DNA of 64,000 nucleotides from Candidatus Dojkabacteria bacterium HGW-Dojkabacteria-1 (GCA_002840365.1 PHAO01000001.1:524360-588359), one strand, 5' to 3'; counted from the stretch's first letter, positions 36,318 to 46,537 are shown. A program made the numbers and translations. Notes: generated by a model from the sequence alone, not told the origin.

Positions 36318-37250
36318 TTGTTAAAACATAAACAAATGGACCCACACGATCCAATAAAAGAGAAGTCCACTATTGCGGAAGTGTTTGACAGAAATGACTT
36401 CACTGAACCGGAAATAGAAGGTCTTTCGTGCGCAATTTCTGTATATGTAAAAGTTTTTTCAAGACCCCCATTTAGTGAAAACTGGACTATTGAACAGGGG
36501 GGAGATTCTCTTGCTTTTTTAACTGATAATGAAATAGAGAACTTTAACCCTGATGATGAAACACATTTGTACAGAGCAATAAAATACATGTTAATGAATC
36601 CAGACAAAGTAAGTACAGAACAACAGGGAGAAGAAGAAATATTAGAAATAGAAACACCTACAGGAGAATTTAGTTCAATTAGAACAATATATCCCTTTAC
36701 AAGTATTTTGCATGCATACAGTAGAGAGGCAAAAGACCCTAATTCAATGGTTTTAATAGGATATTACGATACAAACGAAAAGCAACATATAATTGATATT
36801 ACTGAGCAGTCACCAACTGATTTTGCGAAACCAAAGAGTGTAACAAGAGTAAGGCATATGGAAAGCCAAATAGGGGATAAGATTATAGAAGAAATAGGAT
36901 ACTATCTTCCTGAAGGTGGGGAAGAGGAAATTAGGTTATTACTTAAAGAAACTCCAACAGCTTACCTAGGAGAAATCGCTACAATAACAGAAGGCGGATT
37001 TATGTTTGAGTCTATTAAGAGAGCCGCAAAGAAATTCGCTCCGCTACCTGATCAATTTGTTATGTTCACGAAAGAGGGTTCTGCAACTATTAGAACTGCA
37101 GAGGAAGAAGACAGGCTGCTTGCTCTCTTCTCTAAAGTACTGTATTTAGGAAAGGAGCTTACACTTCAGAGAAAACAGTATTTGGATGACAATGGAAAGA
37201 ATGTTTTCGTTAATATTTATCAAGTAAAAAATGACCAACTTCAAAACTAG
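36318..37250 (+). CDS. Hypothetical acidic protein (310 aa)
   Basis: No recognisable motifs were found. It overlaps the downstream decarboxylase gene by 20 nt. Confidence 0.4.
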   Translation: MLKHKQMDPHDPIKEKSTIAEVFDRNDFTEPEIEGLSCAISVYVKVFSRPPFSENWTIEQGGDSLAFLTDNEIENFNPDDETHLYRAIKYMLMNPDKVSTEQQGEEEILEIETPTGEFSSIRTIYPFTSILHAYSREAKDPNSMVLIGYYDTNEKQHIIDITEQSPTDFAKPKSVTRVRHMESQIGDKIIEEIGYYLPEGGEEEIRLLLKETPTAYLGEIATITEGGFMFESIKRAAKKFAPLPDQFVMFTKEGSATIRTAEEEDRLLALFSKVLYLGKELTLQRKQYLDDNGKNVFVNIYQVKNDQLQN

Positions 37251-38340
37251 TCATAAAAGAACTCCATCCTACCACTACCTACCTCAAAATACCGAAAAAA
37301 ATATCAAAATATTTAAATCCCTCCAATATAGTGACATAAAAATATTCTATGCCTTGAAAGCAAATAATTATGAACCAATGATAAGGAAATTCATTGAGGC
37401 TGATTATGGTTTTGATATAGCCTCAAGACAGGAATTGGAATATTTAGTTTCCCTTGGTGCAGATCCTACAAAAACATCCTTTTCAGCGCCTACCAAACTA
37501 GTTGAAGATTTAAGGTATGCTTCATCTGTTGGAGTCAGATATTATGCTTTTGATACAGAATCCGAGGCCAGAAAGATACTTGCAAATACTAAAAATCCTT
37601 TATTAATTGCAAGAACAGTGGCAAAGAACAAGGATGCAGAATTCAACCTCTCGGATAAATTTGGTATGACAGACACATACTTAAGATACATTTTCACTGT
37701 AGCCAAGAAAGAGAAATGGCCACTCCATGGAATAACTTTCCACGTAGGCTCTCAAAACAAATCTATTAATTCATGGAGAACTGCACTACAAAACATAGAG
37801 GCAGATATTAATGATGCCCAACAACTTGGGATAGATATAAAGTGTATTAATCTAGGTGGCGGTATTCCTGTTAAGTATGAGAATGGGGTTAAATCTGTTG
37901 AATTCTATATAGAAAATATAATTAACTTTGTGAGATCTATTCGTAGAAGAACAGATATTGAAGAATTCATTATTGAACCAGGGAGATCTCTTTCTGCCAA
38001 TACAATGGTATTACTTACTAAGGTAATAAATATAAAAACATATAAAAGTCCACAGATAGTAGTAACTGATTTAAGTGTTTTTAATGGATTAATAGAACCA
38101 TTAGAACATTTTGAATATCCTGTATACAAATATGGTAAATTTAGCTGTAAAAATGTTGAAAAAAAGAGATTTTATAAAATAGTAGGTTTATCATGTGATG
38201 GATATGATATTATAAACAGGAGATGTTTGCTGCCCGCAGATTTGAAGATAGGTGACTATCTAATTATACCGAATGCAGGAGCATACAGTTTCGTCTATGA
38301 AAACTTCCATATGAGGAAGTATCCTGAAATTATTGGTTAA
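37231..38340 (+). CDS. PLP-dependent decarboxylase, fold III (Orn/DAP/Arg decarboxylase family 2)
   Basis: Motif 'FYALKANN' carries the PLP-binding Lys. Motif 'FHVGSQ' is present. Motif 'GGGIPVKY' is present. Motif 'IIEPGRSL' is present. Motif 'GLSCDGYD' is CxxGD-like. Confidence 0.65.
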   Translation: MTNFKTSHKRTPSYHYLPQNTEKNIKIFKSLQYSDIKIFYALKANNYEPMIRKFIEADYGFDIASRQELEYLVSLGADPTKTSFSAPTKLVEDLRYASSVGVRYYAFDTESEARKILANTKNPLLIARTVAKNKDAEFNLSDKFGMTDTYLRYIFTVAKKEKWPLHGITFHVGSQNKSINSWRTALQNIEADINDAQQLGIDIKCINLGGGIPVKYENGVKSVEFYIENIINFVRSIRRRTDIEEFIIEPGRSLSANTMVLLTKVINIKTYKSPQIVVTDLSVFNGLIEPLEHFEYPVYKYGKFSCKNVEKKRFYKIVGLSCDGYDIINRRCLLPADLKIGDYLIIPNAGAYSFVYENFHMRKYPEIIG

Positions 38341-38346
38341 TTAAAA

Positions 38347-40566
38347 ATGCTGAATCTATATATAATCTATATCTTCATCTTTAGTACTCTTCTTTCCAAC
38401 TTCTGGATTTTTTTTAAACTAAGAGAGAAGTTAACTAAGAGGGAGAAAATACAGTATTTGTATCTTTTGATATCTATTTTCGGTTGGGCAATTACAAATG
38501 CCCTGGCAGACCTCATTAAAATTGATAACATAGCTTTACTATCCGCCCAACTGTCTATACTCTTTCCTCTTAACATTCTTAATGCACTAATAAATATTGT
38601 GAGTAATTTCCCGAGAGTAATCACGAAGGATATTCGAAACATTTCTTTTAAAATTAGCTCCTTTTTAACAGTTATTTTTTCTATTGTTTCAGTTTTTCTA
38701 TTGAAATCGAGATTTAATATCTCCTTTTTCTCAATCAGTGAGAATGCACCTTCGGACTTCACTCCCGGACATTTATACTACCTATTAATCTTAATTGCGG
38801 TATTGTTCCTAATTCTCATTATTAGACACTGGAGAAAGAGAATGCCCCTGTATACGCCTACACAAAGAAAACAAGTAGCCACAATTTCGTTTACTCTTAT
38901 CTTTGTTTATATTTCAATGACCTTTGGACTAATCATTTTCCCCTTATTAGGTCTCTCTATTTACAGTCCCTTTATGTTCCTGTCGCTATCTTTGTTAGCC
39001 TTTGTAATAAACAAGAGCTTATGGATAAAAATAGCGGTAGTAGATATTGTAGAAGAGATTAACAAATTGTTAGGAATGTTTGCTTCTGCTTTTGTAATCT
39101 TTTCCCTATGGACCCTCACCGGAAGTGTAACTCTTGATCTTAATATTGTTGGAAAGTTCTTGGCATCCCTTTCTATAGTCATACTCATCAATGGTATCTA
39201 TAGCTACTTTCAAAGAGTTTATAACAATAAGAGAATACAAGCCCAGGGAGAAGTACTCAATTTTATTGATATTACTACAAAGATAATTAACAGAGAGGAA
39301 TTGGTTAAGCTAACAAAGGAAAGTATATACAGTATTCTAAAACCTGAAAGAATAGAATTTGAGTTTTTTCATAATGAAAATCTTACTCCGATACAAACCC
39401 AATTTACCAAATGGTGGTCATTAAGATCTAAAACTATAATCATTAATAAAGAGACCCTTATAGAATCATATTTCGATAGAGAAAATAACAAAGAAATAAC
39501 AAAAGAATTGTACGAATACCTTCAGAAAGAGAAAATTAGTGTAATGATTCCTCTCACAAACAAGGACTCATTAATAGCATTAATAAATATATATAATACA
39601 AACGATGTTCTTGATGAAACACAGTATAATAATTTGTCTTTACTCTCCAGTACTCTTTCTGTTTCTCTAAATAGGGCACTTCTTTACGAAGAATTACAGG
39701 ATTTTAATAAGACCTTGCAGAAAAAGGTTGATTCTCAAACAGCAGAATTACAAGAAAAAGTAAAACTCTTGGAAGAGGCGAGAAAAAAGGAAGCTGACAT
39801 GATAGATATAATGGGGCATGAATTAAGAACACCAGCAACAATAGTGAAGTTAAATACAGATTTACTCAGCCAATTTTCTGAAAATAATTCTGTAGAAAAC
39901 GAAGAAACATATAAGAAATATGTATCAAGAATAAAGCATGCAGTTGAGACTGAAATCACATTAATAAATACCTTGCTAAGTAGTGCGAAACTAGAGGGAG
40001 ATAAGGTTGAACTAAATATGGAAAGAATTGATATATACAAGGAGGTAGAAATGTCTATGCATGCAGAGGAAGATTTAGCAAAAGAGAAGGGCTTAGAATT
40101 TACAAATTTAATACCAGAAAATATCTCTAACATTTATGCTGACCGCACAAGAGTGGCTGAAATATTAAATAACTTAATAAGTAACGCAGTAAAATATACT
40201 GAGAAGGGAAGTGTAACTGTAAGTGGAAGTGAGGATGAAAAATATGTTCATATTGAAGTCCAAGACACTGGAAGAGGAATATCTAAAGAGGATCAAAAAA
40301 ATCTTGGAACAAAATTCTTTAGAACTAAAACATACATTGATTCAGAAATAAGAGATGACTTTGACATTGTAAGACCAGGAGGTACAGGGTTAGGACTATA
40401 TGTGACTTTTGGTTTATTAGAGAAAATGGGAGGAAAGATTAATATAGAGAGTGAGATTGGGAAGGGAAGTACATTCACAGCAAGTTTTGCAAAGTATACT
40501 AATCAACAGGAACATAAAATCGAAGAGGGAACTCGAGATATGTTCTCTAAGCTAGGCCTTAGATAG
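38347..40566 (+). CDS. Membrane-bound sensor histidine kinase
   Basis: The N-terminal half has about 8 TM segments, followed by a coiled coil. The H-box is 'MGHELRTP'. The N-box is 'NLISNAVKYT'. G1 is 'DTGRGIS' and G2 is 'GGTGLGLYV'. Confidence 0.8.
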   Translation: MLNLYIIYIFIFSTLLSNFWIFFKLREKLTKREKIQYLYLLISIFGWAITNALADLIKIDNIALLSAQLSILFPLNILNALINIVSNFPRVITKDIRNISFKISSFLTVIFSIVSVFLLKSRFNISFFSISENAPSDFTPGHLYYLLILIAVLFLILIIRHWRKRMPLYTPTQRKQVATISFTLIFVYISMTFGLIIFPLLGLSIYSPFMFLSLSLLAFVINKSLWIKIAVVDIVEEINKLLGMFASAFVIFSLWTLTGSVTLDLNIVGKFLASLSIVILINGIYSYFQRVYNNKRIQAQGEVLNFIDITTKIINREELVKLTKESIYSILKPERIEFEFFHNENLTPIQTQFTKWWSLRSKTIIINKETLIESYFDRENNKEITKELYEYLQKEKISVMIPLTNKDSLIALINIYNTNDVLDETQYNNLSLLSSTLSVSLNRALLYEELQDFNKTLQKKVDSQTAELQEKVKLLEEARKKEADMIDIMGHELRTPATIVKLNTDLLSQFSENNSVENEETYKKYVSRIKHAVETEITLINTLLSSAKLEGDKVELNMERIDIYKEVEMSMHAEEDLAKEKGLEFTNLIPENISNIYADRTRVAEILNNLISNAVKYTEKGSVTVSGSEDEKYVHIEVQDTGRGISKEDQKNLGTKFFRTKTYIDSEIRDDFDIVRPGGTGLGLYVTFGLLEKMGGKINIESEIGKGSTFTASFAKYTNQQEHKIEEGTRDMFSKLGLR

Positions 40567-40574
40567 GATTAGAA

Positions 40575-41528
40575 TTAAATATTTTTTAATTCTTCGTCGA
40601 TAATATTCGAGACCTCCCCAAAATCATTACAGCTCATTAATCTGCTTCGTAAGAGAGCACTACCTCCAAAATCATTTACATATGCCTTAAAGAATTTCTT
40701 TAAAGAATGAAAGTCCTTACTTTCTCCCCATGTCTTTTCAAAGAGTTGTAAATGTTTCTCGAATAAAATGAATTTCTCCTTTTGAGAAATTTCTTCCCTT
40801 TCGGAGAATACCCAAGGGTTATAAATAGCTTCTCTTCCTATCATTACACCATCAATCTTGTATTTTTCAGATAACTCTTTGCCCTGTTTTATACTTTTAA
40901 TATCCCCATTTCCAAAGAGTAGAGTAGAGGAATTTTTCTGATTTCTTAATTTTACAATCTCCTCCGTATATTCCCAATTAGCATGTATTGCTCCTTCTCC
41001 CTTTGCAGTTCTCATATGAACAGTAAGTAAATCCAATTGTTGTTCCAAAAGAAATCCTATCCATCCCTCTATATCAGGATATTCAAACCCCAATCTTGTC
41101 TTAACAGATACCGGGATATCTTGAGCCCCTTCCTTGGTAGCCTTAATTATATCTACAACTAATTGCCTATCTGCATTTATCAATCCACTTCCAGCATTAT
41201 TCTTTACAACATTCTTTACAGAGCAACCCATATTTATATCTACACCCTCAAAACCCATTTCCTTAACTAATTTAGCTCCATACAAGAAGTTTTCTGGTTT
41301 TACTCCCCAAAGCTGTGCAACTATTGGTTTTTCCTCTTTTGTATATTGTAATCTATGTATTACCTTTTCTTTTCCCTTACTGTTTAATCCTTCTACGTTT
41401 ACAAATTCTGTAAAGAAAACATCTGGTCTTCCTACAGACATCACTATCTGTCTAAAGACTGTATCTGTAACATCTTCCATAGGGGAAAGAGCTATGATAG
41501 GTTTTTTAATCTCATCGTATATGTTCAT
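40575..41528 (-). CDS. tRNA-dihydrouridine synthase (Dus family)
   Basis: The motifs are 'IIALSPMEDVTDTVFRQIV' and 'GVDINMGCSVKNVVKNNAGSGL', the latter with the catalytic Cys. A TIM-barrel FMN-binding core is present. Confidence 0.75.
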   Translation of the reverse strand: MNIYDEIKKPIIALSPMEDVTDTVFRQIVMSVGRPDVFFTEFVNVEGLNSKGKEKVIHRLQYTKEEKPIVAQLWGVKPENFLYGAKLVKEMGFEGVDINMGCSVKNVVKNNAGSGLINADRQLVVDIIKATKEGAQDIPVSVKTRLGFEYPDIEGWIGFLLEQQLDLLTVHMRTAKGEGAIHANWEYTEEIVKLRNQKNSSTLLFGNGDIKSIKQGKELSEKYKIDGVMIGREAIYNPWVFSEREEISQKEKFILFEKHLQLFEKTWGESKDFHSLKKFFKAYVNDFGGSALLRSRLMSCNDFGEVSNIIDEELKNI

Positions 41529-41580
41529 AAATACGATTTTAACATATTTGACCCAGGTCTCCTTTTTTTGGTTATCAAAT

Positions 41581-41596
41581 AGTCCAAAATTGGACT
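41581..41596. promoter_or_regulatory. Perfect 16-nt palindrome AGTCCAAAATTGGACT followed by a GGTCCAA half-site. It is a candidate operator in the dus / clp divergent intergenic region.
   Basis: The inverted repeat was read directly. It lies 53 nt upstream of the dus start. It is about 75 nt upstream of the membrane-protein/Clp ATPase operon. Confidence 0.3.
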
Positions 41597-41667
41597 AGGG
41601 TCCAACCCGATTACTTGAATTTATCTTGAAATTACAATAAACTTACAATGTATTACTGCCCTAAGGT

Positions 41668-42072
41668 ATGGAACAAAAGAATATACTAACAAGCAATGGC
41701 GGACAAAAGGTCCTAAATGAATCCCAGGTTGATAACCTCCTTGTTATTTTCACATATACATTTAAAGAATTCCTTTATTGGTGGTATATAAGAATGCCTC
41801 TGTGGCATTTAAGGATGCTTTCAAGAATATCTACCTTTGTAGATGACAACTTCTCAATGTCCTTACTTTTAAAAAATTTCTTCATACCTTGGCATAGGGA
41901 TTTCTCTTTCATTGGTTATACATTTGGAATAATTATTAAAATCATATATTTACCGATTGCAATTTTCGCTTACATATTCATATGTTCCTTGTATTTACTT
42001 GTAATACTAGTATGGTTACTACTACCACCAGCAACAATTCTTTTTATTCTTAGATCAATATTGAGCATATAA
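41668..42072 (+). CDS. Small polytopic membrane protein (134 aa), translationally coupled to the downstream Clp ATPase
   Basis: Hydrophobic segments make up the C-terminal half. Its stop overlaps the start of the next gene as TAATG. Confidence 0.4.
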   Translation: MEQKNILTSNGGQKVLNESQVDNLLVIFTYTFKEFLYWWYIRMPLWHLRMLSRISTFVDDNFSMSLLLKNFFIPWHRDFSFIGYTFGIIIKIIYLPIAIFAYIFICSLYLLVILVWLLLPPATILFILRSILSI

Positions 42073-44789
42073 TGGCAATAGATTACGGATGGCAAAACAG
42101 AACACTAATAGGATCGCACTCTAAAGATAGTAATATATTCAGTGTTGTACAAAAGGAGTATCCAATATTAGCAAAAGAATCAGATGCCTTGTTTTTGTTG
42201 ACTAGGGATCAATTTTTTACAGTATCTACACCACAGATAAGTAATGTACTAACAAATTACCTTAGATATCAAAAATACTATGACAATGTGAGACTTCTGG
42301 CTAACGTATTACTAGTTCCAGGTTTAGTAATAGCAATAGGGTATTTGTTAAGACAAATAGGGGTATTAGAGAGCATTACAATAGTGAAAGATTTCCTATC
42401 GAGTGGAATCTCAGATACTCTTTTTGGGATATCTCTCTTTAGTGTCTTTATACTTTGGCACGACTATTACAAAGACAAGAGTCACCCTGTTAGACTTCCT
42501 ACTGCAGAAACAATTCCACTAAACGATTTAGAAGAAATTAAGGCAACAGGTTTTAAGTTTGGTAGATATGCACATTTAGAAGCAATTAACTACATGAATG
42601 ATCTTTCTCTAGATGTAATATGTGGTAATACTGCTAATGATGAAATAAATACTTTAACTCTCTTTACAGAGTTAATCCAATATCCTCAGGCAGTTGAAAT
42701 CTTCAGAAGAGCTAATATATCCGTAAATGAGGAAACTCTCTCTAGTAGTGAAGTTACAAAAGATTCTTTACCAAAATATCCTTCTACTGCTATAAGAAGC
42801 TTCGTTATTTATGCACTAAACGAAGCATTACTTACATCCTCAAAAGAGATAAGACCTGAACATATACTACTAGCGCTTTTTAATGTATTTCCAACACTAA
42901 AGAAATTCCTTCTTACGCAGAATAGCTCAATAGATATTTTACGAGAGGTTGTTAGATATCAATCATATGAGCAAGAGAAAGCACTACAAACAAATCCTCT
43001 TAACCTAAATGCTCCATATTACAAACGAGGGGGAATAGCGGAATCATGGATATATGGCCACACCTTTATTCTTAACAAATTTAGTAAGAATGTAAATGAA
43101 TATGTAGCAAGATATGATGATATCTTTGGTATCGGACACGAAGAGGAAATAGAGACTTTAGTCTCTGTATTAGGAAAAGTTTCGAACAAAAATGCCTTGC
43201 TAATTGGAGAACCTGGTGTTGGTAAATCTAGCCTAATACTTGGTATAGCCCAAAGAATTAATAGGGGAGATGTTCCAATACAGATTAAAGATAAGAGAAT
43301 ACTTCAATTGGATATTAATGGATTAATAGCATTTGCGGCTAGAGAAAAATCTGTTGAAGAGTTAGTTGCAAAAGCTATTCAGGAATTAGAAAATGCTGGT
43401 GATACAATTTTGTATATTGATGAGATGCAAGAGTTAATTCCTGCAAAAGCCCAAGATTCTGGGCATTCTCTTGCAGGTATTTTGCTTCCATATATTTTAA
43501 ATAGTAAATTCCCAATAATTGGAACAGTTAATCATGCAGATTACAAAAAATACTTCTATAGCTCAGAATCTTTAAGGCAAACCTTTACTAATATTGAAGT
43601 AAGTGAGATATCTGCAGATGATGCATTAGTAATACTTGAAACAAAAATATCTCAACTTGAAAAGAATTTTGGAATATATATAACTCTCCCTGCGTTAATT
43701 AGCGCAGTGGAATTAGCACAAAGATATGTTAAAGACAGAAAATTACCAAGTAGTTCTGTACAACTACTTGAGAGTTCGTGTTCATGGGCACAAAGTAGTG
43801 GCGTACAACTTTTGACCGAGGAACATGTTGCAAAGGTTCTTTCCAATCAAAAGGGTGTTTCAATAGCTGGAGTAAATGCGGAAGAAAGTACAAAATTAAT
43901 GCAACTAGAGGAAAATATTAAAAACAGAGTAATAGGGCAAGATGATGCAATTAAAGCAATTGTTGAATCATTAAGAAGAGCACATACAGATATTAGAAAT
44001 CCTCAAAAACCAATAGGTACGTTCCTCTTTATGGGACCCACAGGAGTAGGTAAGACATACTTGGCAAAGGTTGTTTCAGAGGAATATTTCGGAGGAGAGA
44101 ATGAGATGATTAGAGTTGATATGTCAGAGTATCAGGATATAGCTAGTATTGAAAAATTTTTAGGAGAGACAGGAAAGACTAATACAATGGGACAGACTGC
44201 TGTTTCCTTGATTGATAAAGTTAAATTAAACCCATATACCGTTATACTTTTTGATGAAATAGAGAAAGCTCATCCCCAGGTATTAGATTTGTTTCTTCAG
44301 ATGTTTGATGAAGGAAGATTAACAAGTAATTTGGGCGAGGTTATAGATTTCACACACAGTATAATTGTTTGTACAAGTAATATTGGAAGTTTAATTCTTC
44401 TTGAATCTCTAAGTGATGGAAAAACAACATGGGGAGAAGCAAAAGATAGAGCTTTAATAGAGTTAAGACAATCTATAAGGCCTGAATTACTAAATAGATT
44501 TGATAAGGTAATAGTATTCCATCCTCACGATATTGATCATCTTTCGGAAATATCAACAATACTTCTAACAGAACTATCAAAACGATTAGGTGAGAAAAGT
44601 ATAACGCTTACTTGGAATGCTTTAATTCCACAACTCATCGCAAGTAAGGCTCATGAACCAGGCTTAGGAGCCAGACCAATCAAAAGATATATTCAAGAAA
44701 ATATAGAGGGAAATATCGCAAAAGAGATGATAGAAGGTCAAATTCAACCCGGAGAAGAGATAGAGATAAAGGAAAGCTGGATAATATAG
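42072..44789 (+). CDS. Clp/Hsp100 family AAA+ ATPase (ClpC/ClpA/ClpB-like, two AAA modules) with an atypical N-terminal region of about 330 aa containing hydrophobic segments
   Basis: AAA-1 has Walker A 'GEPGVGKSSL' and Walker B 'ILYIDEMQEL'. AAA-2 has 'GPTGVGKTYLAK' and 'ILFDEIEKAHPQVLDLFLQMFDEGRLT'. A Clp_N-like repeat is 'EHILLALFNVFP'. The N-terminal hydrophobic stretches are 'LLANVLLVPGLVIAIGYLL' and 'LFGISLFSVFILW'. Confidence 0.75.
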   Translation: MAIDYGWQNRTLIGSHSKDSNIFSVVQKEYPILAKESDALFLLTRDQFFTVSTPQISNVLTNYLRYQKYYDNVRLLANVLLVPGLVIAIGYLLRQIGVLESITIVKDFLSSGISDTLFGISLFSVFILWHDYYKDKSHPVRLPTAETIPLNDLEEIKATGFKFGRYAHLEAINYMNDLSLDVICGNTANDEINTLTLFTELIQYPQAVEIFRRANISVNEETLSSSEVTKDSLPKYPSTAIRSFVIYALNEALLTSSKEIRPEHILLALFNVFPTLKKFLLTQNSSIDILREVVRYQSYEQEKALQTNPLNLNAPYYKRGGIAESWIYGHTFILNKFSKNVNEYVARYDDIFGIGHEEEIETLVSVLGKVSNKNALLIGEPGVGKSSLILGIAQRINRGDVPIQIKDKRILQLDINGLIAFAAREKSVEELVAKAIQELENAGDTILYIDEMQELIPAKAQDSGHSLAGILLPYILNSKFPIIGTVNHADYKKYFYSSESLRQTFTNIEVSEISADDALVILETKISQLEKNFGIYITLPALISAVELAQRYVKDRKLPSSSVQLLESSCSWAQSSGVQLLTEEHVAKVLSNQKGVSIAGVNAEESTKLMQLEENIKNRVIGQDDAIKAIVESLRRAHTDIRNPQKPIGTFLFMGPTGVGKTYLAKVVSEEYFGGENEMIRVDMSEYQDIASIEKFLGETGKTNTMGQTAVSLIDKVKLNPYTVILFDEIEKAHPQVLDLFLQMFDEGRLTSNLGEVIDFTHSIIVCTSNIGSLILLESLSDGKTTWGEAKDRALIELRQSIRPELLNRFDKVIVFHPHDIDHLSEISTILLTELSKRLGEKSITLTWNALIPQLIASKAHEPGLGARPIKRYIQENIEGNIAKEMIEGQIQPGEEIEIKESWII

Positions 44790-44855
44790 CAATTTATGTT
44801 GCAAGAATACGAATATTAAAATATAATACAAGGTCATAAAATAGTTTAAAAAGAT

Positions 44856-45038
44856 ATGGGAGCATTACCAAAAAGAAAAATATCAAAAGGAAGAAAGAAT
44901 AGAAGGAGAGCAAATGATTCCTTAAAAGCACCAAAGATGTCTAAATGTCCAAAATGTGGAAAGACAAAAAGACCACACTTCGTATGCGAATTTTGTGGTT
45001 ACTATGGTGATGGTAAAGATTTAAAGAAAAATAAATAA
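44856..45038 (+). CDS. rpmF: 50S ribosomal protein L32 (zinc-ribbon type)
   Basis: The L32 start is 'MGALPKRKISKGRKNRRRANDSLKAP'. The zinc-ribbon motif is 'CPKCGKTKRPHFVCEFCGYYG'. Confidence 0.75.
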   Translation: MGALPKRKISKGRKNRRRANDSLKAPKMSKCPKCGKTKRPHFVCEFCGYYGDGKDLKKNK

Positions 45039-45052
45039 GTACTCTTTAAATA

Positions 45053-45502
45053 ATGAAAAAAGCAACTGACCCTAGGCATTTATCCAGAGAATTAGCTTTA
45101 CAAACACTTTTCTCTAAAGACTTTAATGGTACAAAGGATGGTGTAATAGATTTTGAAGTTTCAGATCTTTCAGAGATAGATGAAATAGAGGATTACAACA
45201 AAGATTTATACAATGATATTGTAAATGGTGTTCCTCAAAAAAAGGAAGAAATTGACCAAGTTATTACTCAATTTGCACCTCAATGGCCTATTTCTCAAAT
45301 GAAATTAGTTGATTTACAAATTCTTCGGATTGCAATATATGAAGGTTTTTTAGCAAAAATTACTCCTCCAAAAGTAGCAATAGACGAGGCAATTGAAATT
45401 GCAAAAGAGTTCGGAGGTGACACTAGTAGTAAATTTGTAAATGGTGTCCTTGGAGCTATATATGAAATAAACAAACAAGAAGATGATAAATCAGATAAAT
45501 AG
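45053..45502 (+). CDS. nusB: Transcription antitermination factor NusB
   Basis: The motifs are 'RELALQTLFS' and 'DLQILRIAIYEGFL...PPKVAIDEAIEIAKEFGGDTSSKFVNGVLG'. Confidence 0.8.
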   Translation: MKKATDPRHLSRELALQTLFSKDFNGTKDGVIDFEVSDLSEIDEIEDYNKDLYNDIVNGVPQKKEEIDQVITQFAPQWPISQMKLVDLQILRIAIYEGFLAKITPPKVAIDEAIEIAKEFGGDTSSKFVNGVLGAIYEINKQEDDKSDK

Positions 45503-46178
45503 TTTGGAACAAAATATTGAGATTGAGTTTACAGATAAGGTATTACTTGAAACATCTGTTACACATAGGTCATATTTAAATGAACACAGAGAAATTCCTG
45601 AACATAATGAAAGATTAGAATTTCTTGGAGATGCTGTATTAGAATTAATAGTTTCTGACTATCTTTACAAAGAATTTTTAGATAGGGCTGAAGGAGAACT
45701 AACGAGTTTTAGATCTGCCCTTGTAAGAACAGACAGTCTTGCAGAGAGTGCAAAAAATTTAAGAATTGGAGAATTTCTTCGCTTATCTAGAGGAGAAGAA
45801 GATAGTGGAGGAAGAGAAAAAGATTACCTTTTAGCTAACGCTTTTGAAGCAGTATTAGGAGCGATATATTTAGATAAAGGATATGAAGAGGCGAAGAATT
45901 TTGTATATAGAACCCTCATTCCAAAGTTAGGAGAAATTGTAGAGTATAGGCTTGATATTGATAACAAAACTAAGATACAGGAATTAGCACAATCAGAGTA
46001 TAAGACAACTCCAACATATGAGGTAATAAATGAACAGGGACCAGATCATGACAAGACTTTCACTGTAGTAGTAAAGATTGATGACAAAATAATTGGGGAG
46101 GGAACAGGCAGTAGTAAGCAGAAGGCAGAGGAAAGGGCTGCAGAGGTTGGAATAGAGTATATAGAAAGCAAGAAATAG
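45483..46178 (+). CDS. rnc: Ribonuclease III
   Basis: The RNase III signature is 'ERLEFLGDAVLELIVSDYLY'. A C-terminal dsRBD is present ('KTKIQELAQ...GEGTGSSKQKAEERAA'). Confidence 0.9.
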   Translation: MINQINSLEQNIEIEFTDKVLLETSVTHRSYLNEHREIPEHNERLEFLGDAVLELIVSDYLYKEFLDRAEGELTSFRSALVRTDSLAESAKNLRIGEFLRLSRGEEDSGGREKDYLLANAFEAVLGAIYLDKGYEEAKNFVYRTLIPKLGEIVEYRLDIDNKTKIQELAQSEYKTTPTYEVINEQGPDHDKTFTVVVKIDDKIIGEGTGSSKQKAEERAAEVGIEYIESKK

Positions 46179-46217
46179 CTTGAATATTAATTTCTCATCT
46201 GTTAAAATAACAGCGCT

Positions 46218-46517
46218 ATGTTAAAGATTAGATTAAAAAGAATAGGTAAAAGAGGTCAACCTCATTACAGAATCGTTGTAATGGAATCTGCTTCCCCAAG
46301 AAGTGGTAAGACTGTAGAGGAGATTGGTATTTATAATCCAAGAACAAAACCATCCACATTTGAAGTTGATAAAGAGGCTGCAAAGAAATGGTTAGAGAAT
46401 GGAGCAAAACCTACAGACACTATTGCACAATACTTTGTAAAAATCGGTTTACTTAAATCTCTAAAAAGAGGTTCAAAAAAACCAAGTACCGAAAAGAAAA
46501 CTGAGGAGAACAAATAA
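46218..46517 (+). CDS. rpsP: 30S ribosomal protein S16
   Basis: The N-terminus is 'MLKIRLKRIGKRGQPHYRIVV...EEIGIYNP'. Confidence 0.9.
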   Translation: MLKIRLKRIGKRGQPHYRIVVMESASPRSGKTVEEIGIYNPRTKPSTFEVDKEAAKKWLENGAKPTDTIAQYFVKIGLLKSLKRGSKKPSTEKKTEENK

Positions 46518-46537
46518 TTCAATTTAACCCTTCGAAT

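Noticed and set aside
41581-41608. CtsR operator upstream of the Clp ATPase
   Set aside because: The AGTCCAA and GGTCCAA half-sites resemble the CtsR heptad (A/G)GTCAAA. Their spacing of about 17 nt and the inverted arrangement do not fit the CtsR tandem direct repeat with a 3-nt spacer. The site is reported only as a generic palindromic operator candidate.
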